Assembly: GCA_012295275.1 (NCBI GenBank)
Contig: CM022678.1
Location: forward strand, 2,666,001-2,730,000
DNA from: Chrysomallon squamiferum
Lineage: Eukaryota > Animalia > Mollusca
Reading direction: 5' to 3'
DNA: 64,000 nt
Under the pieces are notes generated by a model. That model saw only the letters and a list, made by a program, of their open reading frames with translations, searched no databases and had not been told where the DNA came from. This document shows positions 57,420-64,000 of the stretch, one piece after another; position 1 is the stretch's first letter; every line of letters begins with the position of its first letter. Position numbers and translations under genes: made by a program.

Positions 57420-58438
57420 GAGACTTGGTCGTACAGGGGACAGATAAAACAGATGAAGTTTGAATTTTATTTTGTTTCCATTCGTTCTTAAGGTATTAAC
57501 TTTGATTTCTTAAACTAATTATTAGTTATGATTAATTACTTTGATCACGTTTGTAACTTAGTTGTTTGTTTGTGGTTTGTATTTCTTTCGTCTCATCAAA
57601 GAAGTCAGGTATTGCGTTTCAAATTTGAAAATGTTGCATGTCGGGACTCGTTTACATACCTTCATTTATTAAATTTTGTTATGATTATTAATTTTCACTC
57701 GTTCAGTGTGTTTTGTTTAACTTCCCTGGCGTCCGTAGACAAACGCCTTACATGTACGTGCAGACAGCAAATGTTGTAAAAGAAAATCGATAAAATGCAG
57801 CAAAATAAAATGTGGTTGTTTGTGTACCATGTAGAAAGCTTCGGGCGCGAGTTGTTAACTTTTACTTTTCAGCAATTTTCTTTCTCGTTCTTCTTTTTTT
57901 CTAATGTTATTACATTATTTTATTTGTTGTGAGTTTTGTTAAAACGTATCTTATTATGGGATAACATAAAATGTGTAAATTTTGTTTAGAAAAGAAATAA
58001 AAACGTCAGTTTACAGAACATAAAGCCCTCTTTAGTAATTGTATGCATAGTATTTATCTGATTTAAGAATTTATATATTTTAGTATTTGTCTACTAAAGT
58101 AAGTTTATATCTAGTATTTGTCTTCAGAATGAAGTAATTGTATATCTAATATTTGTCTTCAGAAATAAGTAAGTAATATCTGGCTAAACTTTATAATTAT
58201 AGAATTAAGTAAGTAAATATCGTATGTCTACTGAATTAAGTAAGTTATGACTTAGTCTCAGTGGTTTTTCAGTGGCTATAATTTACTGAGTATGAGGAGG
58301 TTCCTCTAAAATATCCCTTCTTGCTATTATGTTGCAGCCATAGTTTACCCTCTTATTTGCATGATTTTTACTAAGATCTCTCTCGTATTATTTGTTTAAT
58401 TGTCAGACACTTCAGTGACTAGCAACGGTAACCTCGAC

Positions 58439-64000
<5,562 letters not shown>

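Overview
AT-rich, microsatellite-laden eukaryotic DNA with GT-AG introns. It is probably molluscan/gastropod (inference from gene content and a SINE-like repeat). I assembled six genes by hand. (1) A miRNA-class Argonaute on the minus strand (CDS 33612->3261, 21 exon positions, 883 aa). (2) NMD3 on the minus strand, with one exon garbled or missing. (3) TIMM29 on the plus strand, head-to-head with NMD3. (4) An orphan Ser/Pro-rich single-exon ORF. (5) A macrodomain protein with a long disordered tail. (6) A Macro-Macro-RING-Deltex(DTC) E3 ligase that runs off the window end. The main finding is that the Argonaute gene has three separate pairs of duplicated, same-length, same-phase exons: L2 linker (13a/13b), first PIWI strand (17a/17b) and last exon (21a/21b). 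These allow up to 8 isoforms. Exon 17a replaces the first catalytic Asp of the DEDH tetrad (GADVTH -> GASVTH), so splicing would switch one Argonaute between slicer-competent and slicer-dead forms. Competing intronic base-pairings flank the exon pairs. A tight STAT/NF-kB/IRF motif cluster lies upstream of the macrodomain-Deltex fusion gene.
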